NCBI GenBank assembly: GCA_963713855.1
Contig: OY970209.1
Location: 608,001 to 672,000, forward strand
Reading direction: 5' to 3'
Source of the DNA: an uncultured bacterium
GTDB lineage: Bacteria > Babelota > Babeliae > Babelales > Babelaceae
Length of the DNA: 64,000 nucleotides
Part shown: positions 1 to 10,470 of the stretch, piece after piece
Layout: each line of letters begins with the position of its first letter
Numbering within the stretch: position 1 is the stretch's first letter
Made by a program: the position numbers and the translations under genes
Notes under the pieces: generated by a model
What the model saw: the letters and a program-made list of their open reading frames with translations, nothing else
Told to the model about the DNA's origin: nothing
Database searches by the model: none

Positions 1-305
1 AGACTGCTCGGATGAGATGTGGGTCGGAGTGAAAGGCTAATCAAGCTGGGAGATAGCTGGTTCTTCCCGAAATATATTGAGGTATAGCCTCGTCGAATTT
101 ATTATGGCGGTAAAGCACAGTTGAAGTTTTGGGGGAGCAATCTTACCGGACTTTTACTAACTCTGAATGCTATAGTTTTTGAAGACGGGAGTCGGACTGT
201 GGGGGATAAGCCTCATAGTCGAGAGGGAAACAGCCCAGACCATCAGCTAAGGTCCCAAAATATTTGTTAAGTGTGAAAAGAAGTAGCAGTACATAGACAG
301 CCAGG

Positions 306-362
<57 letters not shown>

Positions 363-1160
363 TTTGCTGCACTGAAATACAAACGGGGCTCAAACAAATT
401 ACCGAAGCTATGGCTTGTATACATTACTTGTAATGTAGTACAGGGGTAGGGAAGCGTTCTCTAGGAGATACAAGCTCGACTGGAAAGACGAGTGCCGGCC
501 TAGAGAAGTGAATATGTTGGTATAAGTAACGATAAATAGGTGAAATTCCTATTCGCCGTAAGTCTAAGGTTTCCGTGAGACAGGTTTATCCGCTCAGGGT
601 TAGTCGATGCCTAAGCCGAGGCCAATTGGAGTAGGCGATGGACAACAGGTTAATATTCCTGTACCACTTTTAGGCGTTTGAGCGAAGGGGGGACGCAGTA
701 GGGTAAGCTGACTTGGCTTATGGATTGCCAAGTTAAGCACGTAGGAAGATTTGATAGGCAAATCCGTCAAATTAATTCTGAGATGTAACGAGTATGTTAA
801 GTCCTTGTGGCTTGATGTATTCAGCTGATCCCACACTGACTAGAAAAGCCTCTAGCAAGCCATAAGAGTGATCGTACCGCAAACCGACACAGGTAGACGG
901 GCTGAAAATGCTCAGGCGTTGAGATAACTACCATTAAGGAACTCGGCAACTTGGCCTCGTAACTTCGGGATAAGAGGTGCCTATACTGTGATTTTGCACA
1001 CGCAAGAAAAGCAGTGATAGGTTTCAACAAAGAGGCCCAAGCGACTGTTTATCAAAAACACAGGGCTCTGCAAACTCGTAAGAGGAAGTATAGAGTCTGA
1101 CGCCTGCCCAGTGCCGGAAGGTTAATAGGAGATGTCAGCCGTAAGGCGAAGCGTTGAATT

Positions 1161-1450
<290 letters not shown>

Positions 1451-1484
1451 AACGGTCCTAAGGTAGCGAAGTCCCTTGTCGGGT

Positions 1485-2196
1485 AAGAGAATCTTGCCCC
1501 TTTATCTCGCGAGGGATAATGAAACACCAGCTCATATCGGGGAAGCCCTCCTGAACTTGTTCAAAGGGTAATCCCGAGGGAAGTCTCTTAAGTAATTAAG
1601 ATGACCCCGTAACGACTGATCCGAAAGGAGAGGCACGCGTAAAAGTGTGCAACACGCTGGTTACTTGCCTAAGAAAGGGGGCTTATGGAGATATATAAAG
1701 TACTTGATCCATGGTTTGTGACAGGATTGACTGATGGAGAAGGTTGTTTTTCAATCTCGTTTACGTTGCGAAAGCGCGTAAAGATTGGTATAGAAACGCG
1801 TCCTTCTTTTTCAATATCCTTAAATCGTCGAGATCTTGATTTAATTAAAGCAGTGCATGCTTACTTTAAATGTGGAAGTATTCGTTATAGTAAGAATGAT
1901 CGAACGTACAAGTTTGAAGTTCGTTCAATTCAAGATCTTATAAAACGTATAATACCGCACTATAAGAAGTATCCGTTGCAATCGAGTAAAGCAAGTGATT
2001 TTGCACGGTTTGAGGAGATATGCGCGAAAGTGCATGCCAATCTTCATTTAAGCAGAGATAATCTGCAACAAATCATTGAAAGTGCCTGTCTTATGAATCC
2101 TTCTGGAAAACGGAAGTATACAAAAGACGATCTCCTAAAAGTACTCTGCAAGTAAAAGGTATAGTCTACTTCTTGTAGAAATATAAGATAAAAGTG
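1485..2196 (+). ncRNA. Group I intron at 23S position 1951 carrying a homing endonuclease ORF, 712 nt
   Basis: Interrupts GTCGGGT^AAGTTCCGACC. P1 hairpin GGGTAAGA/TCTTGCCC has a U.G pair at the splice site. R-like GTAACGACTGA, S-like GGTATAGTCTA, terminal G at 2196. Confidence 0.95.
1685..2155 (+). CDS. Intron-encoded single-motif LAGLIDADG homing endonuclease
   Basis: Motif FVTGLTDGEGCFSI plus typical downstream elements (FSISL, YFKCGSI, IIPHYKKYPLQSSK). Lies between the R and S elements of the intron; AAGGGGG Shine-Dalgarno upstream. Confidence 0.95.
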   Translation: MEIYKVLDPWFVTGLTDGEGCFSISFTLRKRVKIGIETRPSFSISLNRRDLDLIKAVHAYFKCGSIRYSKNDRTYKFEVRSIQDLIKRIIPHYKKYPLQSSKASDFARFEEICAKVHANLHLSRDNLQQIIESACLMNPSGKRKYTKDDLLKVLCK

Positions 2197-2228
<32 letters not shown>

Positions 2229-2669
2229 TGGGCGCTGTCTTGATGGTAGACTCAGTGAATTTGTAGTACCGGTGAAAATGCCGGTTACCCGCGACTGGAC
2301 GGAAAGACCCCGTGCACCTTTACTGCAACTTGACATTGATTTTCGGATAGCTCTGTGTAGGATAGGCGGGAGACTTTGAAGTTAGGGCGCTAGCTCTAAT
2401 GGAGTCAACCTTGAAATACCGCTCTTATCTGTTTGAAAATCTAACTTTGACCCGTAATCCGGGCAGAGGACCGTGTCTGGTGGGCAGTTTGACTGGGGTG
2501 GTCGCCTCCCAAAATGTAACGGAGGCGTTCAAAGGTTCCCTCAAGGCGAATAGAAATCGCCGGTTGAGTGTAAACGCATAAGGGAGCTTAACTGCGAGAC
2601 ACACAGGTCGAGCAGATGCGAAAGCAGGAGTTAGTGATCCAGTGGTTCTGAATGGAAGGGCCATTGCTA

Positions 2670-2702
<33 letters not shown>

Positions 2703-2979
2703 TATCTCCTCTGAGAGTCCTTATCGACGAGGAGGATTGGCACCTCGATGTCGGATCATCGCATCCTGGGGCTGGAGAAGGTCCCAAGGGTCTGGCTGTT
2801 CGCCAGTTAAAGCGGTACGTGATCTGGGTTCAGAACGTCGTAAGACAGTTCGGTCCTTATCCGTCGTGGGCGTAGGGTATTTGAGAGGGGTTGTTCCTAG
2901 TACGAGAGGACCGGAATGAGTGAGCCTCTAGTGTTCCAGTTGTTTACCAAAAGCAGGCTGGGTAGCTAAGCTCATAAGA

Positions 2980-3010
<31 letters not shown>

Positions 3011-3235
3011 TTGCCTCAAGATAAGATACCCCCGTTTTCGAGCAATCGAAATCATAAGATCCCTTGAAGACTACAAGGTTGATAGGCTGGGTGTGTAAGC
3101 ACAGTAATGTGTTCAGCTAACCAGTACTAATAGATCGAACGTTTTAATCACTTAAATATTTTTTAAAGATACTCTACATCTTAGTTATTAGGACATGCAC
3201 TATATATTTCGAGAACACGACAAGTTTGAAAAATT

Positions 3236-3351
3236 CTCTGGTGCGTATAGCTGTAAGGAAACACCCGTTCCCATTTCGAATACGGCAGTTAAGCTTACAG
3301 CGCCGATGATACTTGTCTGGTAACGGACTGGAAAAGCAGGTAGTGCCAGGG
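3236..3351 (+). rRNA. rrf: 5S rRNA
   Basis: CACCCGTTCCCATTTCGAATACGGCAGTTAAGC and GCCGATGATACT motifs; paired ends; follows the 23S gene. Confidence 0.95.
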
Positions 3352-3360
3352 TTAAATTAA

Positions 3361-3393
3361 AAAAGGTCGCAGAACATCTGCGACCTTTTTTTT
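3361..3393 (+). terminator. Intrinsic terminator of the rRNA operon
   Basis: AAAAGGTCGCAGA-ACA-TCTGCGACCTTTT followed by a T run. Confidence 0.9.
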
Positions 3394-3598
3394 GTAGAAA
3401 AGCGAATACATGTTATTCGATAGTTGGAAGAAACTATCATGTTCTTGTAGATTCTTTTTATGTAAAATCTCTTCTCAACAAGGCTTACATTAAACCTTAA
3501 GCTTACGTCTACGCTATTCTTCTTTTATTGTTATTCCATGAGAGTTTAATTATAATAATAGTATTAGTATTTATTAATTTTTTTCGAAAGGAAATAGT

Positions 3599-3892
3599 AT
3601 GAAAACCTTATTTATGATTGGTTTATTGGGAAGTACTCTGGGATTTGCTTTTGGTTTGACAGGCGTTGTTCGTAGCCGATATCTGTCAGACGTCGAACGA
3701 GCTAAAATGGATATATATGCAGCCGAGAAGGAAATCGAGAAGGCTGAGCGTGATATTAAAACCTATAGTGCAATGGGAGATTTTAGCGTTTATCCGAGCT
3801 ATGTGGAAGCTGCACAGCAAAGACGTAATGAGGCTATTAAAGATATAAAGGATCTGGAAAGAAAACTTAAAGCGGTAGAGCGAAGCTTGTAG
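3599..3892 (+). CDS. Small hypothetical protein with N-terminal hydrophobic segment and coiled coil
   Basis: AAAGGA RBS, signal/TM-like N-terminus, heptad-rich charged body. Confidence 0.65.
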   Translation: MKTLFMIGLLGSTLGFAFGLTGVVRSRYLSDVERAKMDIYAAEKEIEKAERDIKTYSAMGDFSVYPSYVEAAQQRRNEAIKDIKDLERKLKAVERSL

Positions 3893-4130
3893 CGCAGCTA
3901 ATTATCTGTTGATGTCCGAGAACTTAAATAGGCCAGGGTTAAGTAAAAACGATCGTAGTGTTAAAAGCTACGGTCTTTTTTTTGATCAAATGTTGAACCC
4001 TCTAGACAAGATCGGGAGTAATGGCAAATGCCGCTTGTCGGCATGCTCATCAAAACAAAGCCTTTATCATTTCAGATTAGTTGCTTTGTGATATCCTAAT
4101 AAGAACTGCATTTGATCAAAGGGTCACATT

Positions 4131-5123
4131 ATGTTTTTCCAGATAAATTGTCTTAATTTTTTTCTTCTTACTTTGAGCTTTTTTCCTTTTTTTAGTAACT
4201 TGCCTATCAGCGCTATGGAAGAGCAAAAACCGACTCATAAAGAAATAACCGAAGTAAAAAAACTGCCTTTGGGTAGAGAAAATGCAGTGCCATATTACCT
4301 CGTTCTTCATGAAGATAAGCACGTGTGTACGATTTGTCTGGAGGATAACAATAACCCTTACATGCTGCCCATTGTGGCATACACGATGTCACTTTCGCAC
4401 AGGCTTGTAGTCGATTTTTTAGCAGACACGATATCACTAGAAAGAATGGTTGGGCAAACAGGTGCGGCTACCCGCTTGGACAGTTGCCTTCTGCCTTCAC
4501 GTTCCAATGGAGTAGCAATTTCACCTGATGGCACATTTGCGGTTGCTACACACTTTGGGACCAATGTGATTACAACTTACGCACTGCATCAAGATCGATT
4601 AAAAAAACTTGAGACGTATAACCTTCCTGATGGGGCTGATAGTCCGTGGGGTGCTGCTATTGCGCCAGATGGTTCTTCGGTTGCGATCACTCTTGAAAGG
4701 TCTAATCGAGTAATACTAATCCCGTTAAGAGATCAAAGACTTATCATGGGCGAAAGTGCTATCTACAATCTGCCACCCGGTGCCGAAAGTCCAAGCGCGG
4801 TAGCTTATGCGGCTTCCGGGTCGGGTCTTGCTGTGGCTAATTATGGATCTAATAGTGCAGTCTATGCTTCATTAAGACCAGGAACTACAGTCCTAGAAAG
4901 ATTTTCCCATCGAGTATTACCCCCAGGTTCTTCAGGCCCAGTTGCGATAATATTTTCGCGGCAGGACGACTCTTTTATGACAGCCAATTATCTATCTCGC
5001 GATCTTTCAGAATTCATGTTAGGTGATGCGGCTACTTTAGTGGACACTCTGCCAGCATGTTTAATGTTAGTATTGGTAGCATATGCCCTCCGGCTAAGTA
5101 AGACGCAAAAGGGAATACTATAG
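4131..5123 (+). CDS. Secreted beta-propeller (lactonase/YncE-like) repeat protein with C-terminal TM
   Basis: Signal peptide ending PISA-MEEQK; repeats YNLPxGxxSPxxxAxxPDG and ANYGSN; paralog of the next gene. Confidence 0.8.
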   Translation: MFFQINCLNFFLLTLSFFPFFSNLPISAMEEQKPTHKEITEVKKLPLGRENAVPYYLVLHEDKHVCTICLEDNNNPYMLPIVAYTMSLSHRLVVDFLADTISLERMVGQTGAATRLDSCLLPSRSNGVAISPDGTFAVATHFGTNVITTYALHQDRLKKLETYNLPDGADSPWGAAIAPDGSSVAITLERSNRVILIPLRDQRLIMGESAIYNLPPGAESPSAVAYAASGSGLAVANYGSNSAVYASLRPGTTVLERFSHRVLPPGSSGPVAIIFSRQDDSFMTANYLSRDLSEFMLGDAATLVDTLPACLMLVLVAYALRLSKTQKGIL

Positions 5124-5212
5124 AGCTTATACCACCGCGTTTACCGTGGCAGATTTGTTTGTTTTGTGATAAAATCAGCCTCCATAATGAACTGCTTTTT
5201 GAGGATCAAATT

Positions 5213-6217
5213 ATGTTTTGCAAGAAAAATAATCTTGGATTTAGTGCTCTTCTTACTTTGAGCTTGTTTTCTTTGCTCACTGATTTACATATCTGCGCAA
5301 TGGAAGAGCAAAAAGGTAGTCATAAAGAAATAACAGAAGTAACAAGAAGCTCTCTGCCCAATGGAAGTGGAAGACCTTATTTTCTGACTCGCGTAGGAGA
5401 TGCGCAAGCGGCTAGCATTAATATAGGTGATCACTCTCCAATTCCCCCAATTGTGGCGTACTCGAATACTTCTCCGCACAGGGTGGTTGTTGATTCGTTG
5501 AGAAATTTCGCTACCTTAGAAAGGTTGGCAGGAGTAGGTATGGCTGGTACTCCTCTGGGACTTTTTCGTCTACCCAGTAATACTGCCTTTTCTCAAGGAG
5601 TCGCAATTTCACCAGACGGCTTGCTTGTTGTTATTACACACTTTGGTACGAACAATCTTACGATATACGCTTTACGGCAAGACAGATTAGAAGATAGTGA
5701 AACATATGAACTTCCACCACTGGCTCGTAATCCATGGGGTGTTGTATTTGCTCCCGATGGCTCTTCAATTGCTATCACGCTCTATGGCTCTAATCAAATA
5801 ATGCTAATTCCCATAAGAGATCAAAGACTAGTCATGGCTGAAAGTGCGGTCTACCATCTCCCGCTTGGCGCAGAAGGGCCTCGCTCTGTAACTTATGACA
5901 GGTCTGGCACAGCACTCGCTATTGCTAATTATGGCTCGAATAGTGCAGTCTACGCTTCATTAAGGCCTAGAACTACGATCATAGAAAGATTTTCTCACAG
6001 GTTATTACCTGTAGGTTCTTCCGGTCCCGTTGCAGTATTATTTTCGTCAGAAGACTCTTTTGTTACTGCTAACTTTCTTACTAGAGACCTTGCCACATTT
6101 AGGTTGGGAGCAACCAGCACTTTAGTAGAGGAACCAAACATAATGTTTGTCTTCTTGCTAGCATGTGCGTTATACCTGAGAGATACCAAGGTTTCAGGTG
6201 GTGGTGACCATAAGTAA
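5213..6217 (+). CDS. Secreted beta-propeller repeat protein, tandem paralog of 4131-5123
   Basis: Start moved to ATG 5213 (GAGGA RBS; aligns with the paralog). Shares MEEQK, HKEITEV and ANYGSNSAVYASLRP. Confidence 0.8.
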   Translation: MFCKKNNLGFSALLTLSLFSLLTDLHICAMEEQKGSHKEITEVTRSSLPNGSGRPYFLTRVGDAQAASINIGDHSPIPPIVAYSNTSPHRVVVDSLRNFATLERLAGVGMAGTPLGLFRLPSNTAFSQGVAISPDGLLVVITHFGTNNLTIYALRQDRLEDSETYELPPLARNPWGVVFAPDGSSIAITLYGSNQIMLIPIRDQRLVMAESAVYHLPLGAEGPRSVTYDRSGTALAIANYGSNSAVYASLRPRTTIIERFSHRLLPVGSSGPVAVLFSSEDSFVTANFLTRDLATFRLGATSTLVEEPNIMFVFLLACALYLRDTKVSGGGDHK

Positions 6218-6230
6218 ACGATCTTTTTAT

Positions 6231-9200
6231 CTATGCGCCTTCTATCGATCCTTCAGTGCCATCAAAATTAACGTGGCTGGCAGGATGTCTGTGCAGGTAT
6301 TTATAGAGTAAATAGGTGGTTCCTGCAACCGCAACAGCCATGCCTGTAAAAACGATAGGGATACCCAGTGATATGCCCACAATAGCACCCGTAGGCACGC
6401 TGCTTCCATCACCCGATTGTGAAGATCCTCCCTGAGAGCTTCCTCCAAAGAGCACACCAACCGAGACGTCGTTCGAAGCGAAGTTGGCCGTTACGACGTT
6501 TTCGCTAATACCACTACTCGATGTGTAGGGAGCAAATATAATACCTTTAATTGAGTTTGCAGGTAAGTTATAAGAAGTTGCTTGATTGAAGGTGTTACCA
6601 GTAAGGTTAAAAAGCGTAAAGCTATTTGAATCACTGTTTGCAGTCGCTAGAAATCCGCTTGGAGTGTATGCAATCGATTGAGGATTGAGCGACCCTGCTG
6701 GCAAAGGATATGATTGACCAGTACCCAAGCTACCAGAAGAAACAGGAAAAACCGTAACGTCATTCGATCCGCTATTAGCGCTAACAAGTGTAAGTTGTCC
6801 AGATGGAAGTTGGACAAATACAACAGCTTGAGGCCCTGTCGAACCAGAAGGTAAACTTGTCAACATACCGTTACTGAGCGCCCCTTGAGCATAGTCAAAG
6901 AGAACAACATTGTTTGATTTAAAATTAGCTACTGCAAGGAGAGAACTGTCAGGGCTTAGAGCAATTCCTTGGGGGTTAACGGCTCCGGTTGGAAGCTGAG
7001 TGTTGATAGGATTGCTTAAAACACCCTGCGCAAGTTGAAAGACAGTTATATCATTCGATCCACCATCCGCGACAATGCAAAATGCGTTGTCTGGGGTTAT
7101 TAGGATACTAGTTGGGTTTGAGGAACCTGCTGGTAACTTGGTTGAAAAAGCTCCTGTTAATTGGCCGCCTACAACATTAAAAGTAGTTACGTCATTTGTT
7201 TTTTGATTGGCAGTCAGAAGGTATCCGTCAGTTGTAAATGCCAATGCTACTGGCAAGGAAGGCGTAACACCATTGTATGGCAGTGGGTAAGATGTTTTTG
7301 TGCCAAAAGTTAGAGTACTCGTGCTGTTTGGAGTAAATAGAGTTACGTCACTCGACCCATAATTTGCACTTGCTAGATACGCTTGCTGTGGTAAATAAGC
7401 GACAGCATTTGGTTGCTTGGATCCTCGCAGTAATGGTGGTAGAGGAAATATGGTTCCAGTATTAAGCGCTCCATTAGTTACCGTAAACATCGTGACAGCA
7501 GAAATGTCTCGGCTAGCCACCGCTAAAAATGCTCCATTAGGTGAAAAATTTACCGAACCAGCGTTATTGAATCTACCCGGCATTGAATACTGAACTTCAT
7601 TTACTAAGCTTCCGTTGCTTAAAACGTTAAAAATATTAACTGCTCTGGGTCCAAAAGGTGCAACAGCCAAATAAGAGCCTGATGGCGCATAAGAAAGCAA
7701 AAGGGGCACAGCTGCATTATTTATGTCAGTTGTTGGTCCGGTTATAGTTCCCGTTGGGCCCACGTTAAAAACAACAATACTGTCTTGAAAGTTGCCTATT
7801 GTGAGCTTTGAACTATCAGGTGAAAAAGCGATGGAAAAAGGGGTCGGGCTGCTACCAGGAATGGGGTGCGATGTTGGCGTGCCTAATGTACCTCCAGCTT
7901 GTATAGGAAAGAGGGTAAAATCACTAGATCCGCTATTACCGGTAGCAAGAAATGCTCCATTTGGAGAAATTGCAAGCCCATTGGGAGTGCGCGAACCTGC
8001 GGGCAGTGACCATGTTTGGGGATTAGTCAAGCTACCGTCAGATCCAAAGGTCAACGTAGTTACATCTACGGTATTAGCAACAGCAAGATAGGCTCCGCTT
8101 GGAAAAAATGCCATAGCATTGAGCCCATAAACTGAAGGCGTGGCGTACGATGTCCCATTAGTCAACGTGCCCTGGTTTGTGATAGCAAAAACAGTTAATG
8201 TGCTTGCCTGACCATTAGCAGTCACAAGGAATGAGTCATTGGGAGAAAATGCAAGTGAAAAAGGTTGTACTGAATCAGAAACAACGGGATTGGTAGATGC
8301 GAGGGTGAGAGAGCCTCCCACTCCTACGTCGAATACGCTAATGTTAGCAGGAGTATAATTAGCCGTGACAAGAAGAGCATTATTAGGCGAAAATACTACA
8401 CTGAAAGCCTCGCCCGGTAATGAGTAGGAAGTAGGTCCTGTCAATGTTCCGCCAGATCCTACGTCAAAGAGCATAAGATTTGCGCCAGTAACTGCAAGAT
8501 ACTTACCGTCGTTCGAATAGTTTAGAGCTCTAGAAAGTCCGGGAATTGTATACGTTTGCTGATTACTTAACGTTCCATTTACAGCTACGTTGTAGGTAAC
8601 AATATTGCTTACCTGAGTGCCTACCGCTAGGTTTAACCCATCTGCTGAGAAAGCAAGGGACTGCGGTGTTGAGCCCGGTAATGTGTAGCGCGTTCCTGCG
8701 TTAAGTGCGCCGTTTTGAAAGGTAAAAATTGTTATATCGGCAGAACCATAATTAGCTGTCGCAATCAATGAGCCTGAGGGAGAAAAGGCGACATAACCAG
8801 CAAACATCGAACCACTTGGCAGTTTATAAGAAGTGCCTGGGCTAAGCGTTCCTTGCGGTGTTACTGCAAAAACGGTAACGTCCGAGCTCACATTTGCTGT
8901 AACAAGATAATCTCCGGCAGGAGAGAATGCTACCGAAAATGCTTCAGAGGAACCGGGAGGTAGATCGTACGATATTCCGCCTGTTAGCATTCCTTGCGGG
9001 GTTACGGTAAATATGCTTACATCAGACTGATTGGCAGTTGCCAAAAGTGAACCATCAGGCGAAAAAGCTACACCATTTGTTTGTTGAGATCCTGATGGCA
9101 AAGTATAAGGGATACCAGTGCCAACTATGGTGTTCCCGCTTACAGTAAACACGGTTACATCGTTAGTTTGAGGATTAGCAGTTACAAGATAATTACCACT

Positions 9201-9524
9201 TGGCGAAAATGCTGCGCAATTAGGGTTTGTTGAACCTGGTGGCAATAGATAAGATGCACCATTAAAGAGATTCCCGTTTGTATCGACGCTAAAAAAAGAA
9301 ACGTCATTTTGATTTGATGCAGCAACATATTTTCCGCTGTGGGAAAACAAAGCTTCGGTAGGGTATCGTGAGGCACCCGGAAGCAGATAGTTTGTGGCGT
9401 TAAAAGACAAGGCTATAGTGTGAACACAAAAAACGAAAAACGGTAAAGCTCTAAAGAGCACGTGAAAAATGGACATGGTAAACATCCTTTCAATTACGAG
9501 GGCCAAAAGCTTAATTCTTCGCAA
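6231..9524 (-). CDS. Large multi-beta-propeller surface protein with C-terminal TM anchor (start probably 9485)
   Basis: About 20 copies of a ~47-aa unit SYxLPxGSxxPxxxAFSPxGxxLxTANxxSNDVTxF; TM segment GAIVGISLGIPIVF near the C-terminus. Confidence 0.85.
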   Translation of the reverse strand: MRRIKLLALVIERMFTMSIFHVLFRALPFFVFCVHTIALSFNATNYLLPGASRYPTEALFSHSGKYVAASNQNDVSFFSVDTNGNLFNGASYLLPPGSTNPNCAAFSPSGNYLVTANPQTNDVTVFTVSGNTIVGTGIPYTLPSGSQQTNGVAFSPDGSLLATANQSDVSIFTVTPQGMLTGGISYDLPPGSSEAFSVAFSPAGDYLVTANVSSDVTVFAVTPQGTLSPGTSYKLPSGSMFAGYVAFSPSGSLIATANYGSADITIFTFQNGALNAGTRYTLPGSTPQSLAFSADGLNLAVGTQVSNIVTYNVAVNGTLSNQQTYTIPGLSRALNYSNDGKYLAVTGANLMLFDVGSGGTLTGPTSYSLPGEAFSVVFSPNNALLVTANYTPANISVFDVGVGGSLTLASTNPVVSDSVQPFSLAFSPNDSFLVTANGQASTLTVFAITNQGTLTNGTSYATPSVYGLNAMAFFPSGAYLAVANTVDVTTLTFGSDGSLTNPQTWSLPAGSRTPNGLAISPNGAFLATGNSGSSDFTLFPIQAGGTLGTPTSHPIPGSSPTPFSIAFSPDSSKLTIGNFQDSIVVFNVGPTGTITGPTTDINNAAVPLLLSYAPSGSYLAVAPFGPRAVNIFNVLSNGSLVNEVQYSMPGRFNNAGSVNFSPNGAFLAVASRDISAVTMFTVTNGALNTGTIFPLPPLLRGSKQPNAVAYLPQQAYLASANYGSSDVTLFTPNSTSTLTFGTKTSYPLPYNGVTPSLPVALAFTTDGYLLTANQKTNDVTTFNVVGGQLTGAFSTKLPAGSSNPTSILITPDNAFCIVADGGSNDITVFQLAQGVLSNPINTQLPTGAVNPQGIALSPDSSLLAVANFKSNNVVLFDYAQGALSNGMLTSLPSGSTGPQAVVFVQLPSGQLTLVSANSGSNDVTVFPVSSGSLGTGQSYPLPAGSLNPQSIAYTPSGFLATANSDSNSFTLFNLTGNTFNQATSYNLPANSIKGIIFAPYTSSSGISENVVTANFASNDVSVGVLFGGSSQGGSSQSGDGSSVPTGAIVGISLGIPIVFTGMAVAVAGTTYLLYKYLHRHPASHVNFDGTEGSIEGA

Positions 9525-9744
9525 ACTTATTTAACTCGAGAACATAAGCTTTTGCCTCTGACTTTTGGCTTAGTATAGTATTACAACAGAGTTTGTCTAC
9601 CACCTGCCGCGTGATTGCTTTCCTTTAAACATACGTCTTAAGCTTGTGCTCAATGAAGAAAGTCACTGTTTATTCTTGCTAGGGTTTTTTCTTTGTGTAT
9701 GATGAATAATAGATTTTTTTTAAAAATTTCCCGGTAAGGTATTT

Positions 9745-10299
9745 ATGGTTTCTTATTTTTTTCGCAGCGCAAGTATGTGCATTGGGATTTTGACGCTTCT
9801 CGGCTGTGGTGGTCAGCAGCAAAATTCTTCTCCATTTAGAGCCGAGCACAAAGCTCGCCAGGACGCGATAAGAGGGGCTGCGAACATCGAACAATTAAAC
9901 CGAGTTTATACGACTACGAGCGGTACTTTCCTTAAAGAAAGAGAACTTTTCGACGCATACATGGCAACAAAAGATACCGAAAGTTTGTCAAAAAACCTTA
10001 AACAGCTTATTGTGCATAAGTATGAAGAAGCCAAAAAGAAAGCATCGTTTAGCGAAGCTCTTCTACAGCCAATTCTCGACTCGAATGCGCATTTTCCCTA
10101 CGTGTGGTATGAGGACAAGTTAAAGTCAGATAGAGCATTATTTGAAAAAGCAGATACCGTGCTAAAACCACAGAATCAACTCATGCAAGATATAACGGTT
10201 CTCGTGTCTCTCATTGATTGGCTCAAAGAACAGATGCCTATTCTCTTTGTTGATCAAATAATGAATGAAAAACGCGATTTAGTATACTTTTTAAGGTAA
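9745..10299 (+). CDS. Putative lipoprotein, unknown function
   Basis: Lipobox-like LLGC after a hydrophobic stretch. Confidence 0.65.
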   Translation: MVSYFFRSASMCIGILTLLGCGGQQQNSSPFRAEHKARQDAIRGAANIEQLNRVYTTTSGTFLKERELFDAYMATKDTESLSKNLKQLIVHKYEEAKKKASFSEALLQPILDSNAHFPYVWYEDKLKSDRALFEKADTVLKPQNQLMQDITVLVSLIDWLKEQMPILFVDQIMNEKRDLVYFLR

Positions 10300-10470
10300 T
10301 CACGAGCTAATAGTTACACCTTACTCTCTCTTATAGCCAATCCGGTCTATTTTTATTTTTTTAAAAATTCAAATATTGATTTTTCAATCTTGAATGTTGT
10401 AGATTAGTGAAAGTAAAGGGCCTATTGCCCGTACAATTAGGAATCGTTTTCTCTAAAAAGAGAGGTAGTC

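Noticed and set aside
412..445. Possible intervening sequence in the helix-45 region of 23S
   Set aside because: Only a modest hairpin (TGTATACATTAC/GTAATGTAGTACA) with no ORF; within normal helix length variation.
2750..2830. Unusual bases near the peptidyl transferase centre (TCGGATCA, GTGATCTGG)
   Set aside because: They appear to be a compensatory C-G to A-U swap (about 2510/2578), so there is no evidence of altered function.
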